Below the pieces are notes generated by a model. It ran no database searches. It saw only the letters and a list, made by a program, of their open reading frames with translations, and was not told the origin of the DNA. A stretch of 64,000 bases of DNA from Eledone cirrhosa (taxonomy: Eukaryota), in assembly GCA_964016885.1 (NCBI GenBank), contig OZ024741.1, positions 273,792,001-273,856,000 of the forward strand. The letters run 5' to 3'. A program made the translations under genes and the position numbers. Shown here piece after piece: positions 62,421 through 64,000 of this stretch (the stretch's first letter is position 1; every line of letters starts with the position of its first letter).

Positions 62421-62816
62421 GCAGTCATTAATAACAATGTTTAATAAAGCACAATTACCATTTCTAAGCTCCAGCATGGTCTGGCCCGTCACTCTGGTGT
62501 CGAAGAGTGTTTAATTGGTGTCTGAGACATTCTTGATTAGAGTTTAATTAGTAAGTCGGACTCTTTGAATAGTCTTGGAACTGAACCAAATTTCACAAGA
62601 ATTATAGAGTTGAAACGTTACTAAATTATATTGCATTGCTCAGATAAAATAACTTTCACCATTAACTATCGCAATTACTGGGACCAGATCCTGGCTGCCA
62701 AGCATTACTTCTTGAAAGGTAGCAAAGAGAATGAGAGAGAAGTTGGGTAGAGGGAGAGAGATACGACATTATCACTTACTCTATATCTCTTTCTCTATCT
62801 CAATATATGTATGTAT

Positions 62817-62877
<61 letters not shown>

Positions 62878-62886
62878 AATATATAT

Positions 62887-63051
<165 letters not shown>

Positions 63052-63117
63052 GAAGAGAGAAGAAACATTTAGATATAATTAGTAATAAAATGTATCATAC
63101 CTAAACTGTTCCTAAAT

Positions 63118-63205
63118 TCCTCGACTACGTAGTTTCGTGGTATAAACAAAAACAATATATCAAAGATATAGAGTCCTTGCGAGGTCTGCCGACTTATCAA
63201 GAGGA
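63118..63205 (-). ncRNA. Hammerhead, U3-A8 core, branched stem II (unit 1)
   Basis: TCCTC-TTGATAA-GTcGG...CCAC-GAAA-CTACGTAG-TC-GAGGA. Confidence 0.72.
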
Positions 63206-63708
63206 TACCTCATTTTACTAGTCTCAAGAACGCGTCTACACGACGTGAGAAAGAATCCCAAAAGGCGGAGGGGGAGATAGTCACGCGATATAACGGTCGA
63301 GAAACAGAGCTAAGCCTCTTATAACCACGAAGAAAATACCACGGAGGCGGAGGGGGTATTCATATCGAGGCCGCAGAAGAGGTAGTGAAGAAGGCGAGAA
63401 GTATGAGTAATGGAAGCTTTCCAGTTGTCCCCACACTTCAAAGATTGCTCGACCAGAGGGAGTTATTAATATATTTAGAAACACACAGATACATGCGGAC
63501 ACACACATATATACATGAATGCATCCGCACCCAACTGTGAGTTAAGGGTGCCAACTTCACCGATGTTGCTCAATGAATGACTGGGACAGACCAATTCAGT
63601 TTGAACTAGACTGAACCAGTATCAGAGTTAAAAATACATTATGAAGAGAGAAGAAACATTTAGATATAATTAGTAATAAAATGTATCATACCTAAACTGT
63701 TCCTAAAT

Positions 63709-63796
63709 TCCTCGACTACGTAGTTTCGTGGCATAAACAAAAACAATATATCAAAGATATAGAGTCCTTGCGAGGTCTGCCGACTTATCAAGAGGA
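63709..63796 (-). ncRNA. Hammerhead, U3-A8 core, branched stem II (unit 2)
   Basis: Same as unit 1, with a better stem II (GTcGGCA/TGCCAC). Confidence 0.75.
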
Positions 63797-64000
63797 TACC
63801 TCATTTTACTAGTCTCAAGAACGCGTCTACACGACGTGAGAAAGAATCCCAAAAGGCGGAGGGGGAGATAGTCACGCGATATAACGGTCGAGAAACAGAG
63901 CTAAGCCTCTTATAACCACGAAGAAAATACCACGGAGGCGGAGGGGGTATTCATATCGAGGCCGCAGAAGAGGTAGTGAAGAAGGCGAGAAGTATGAGTA

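Overview
Repeat-saturated animal genomic DNA. It is most likely an octopus or other cephalopod; this is inferred from Nin-domain tRNA-SINEs and very large (TA)n, (GGT)n and (CA)n tracts. No host protein-coding gene is recognisable, and nearly all ORF-track entries are microsatellite artefacts. The real content is mobile DNA: three Penelope-like retroelements (RT and/or GIY-YIG), four Helitron-like elements (one with a PIF1 helicase remnant), L1/Tx1, RTE and CRE LINE fragments, hAT and TTAA MITEs, about 20 SINEs and several minisatellites. The most striking layer is about 20 hammerhead-ribozyme motifs from more than 10 unrelated short elements, nearly all sitting in (TA)n tracts. Several are arranged as foldback palindromes or tandem monomers (591 bp and about 690-745 bp, retrozyme-like). 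Several carry an unusual expanded, multi-hairpin stem II. One element has the three hammerhead strands in a non-standard order. All structures were paired by eye and none has been tested for activity.
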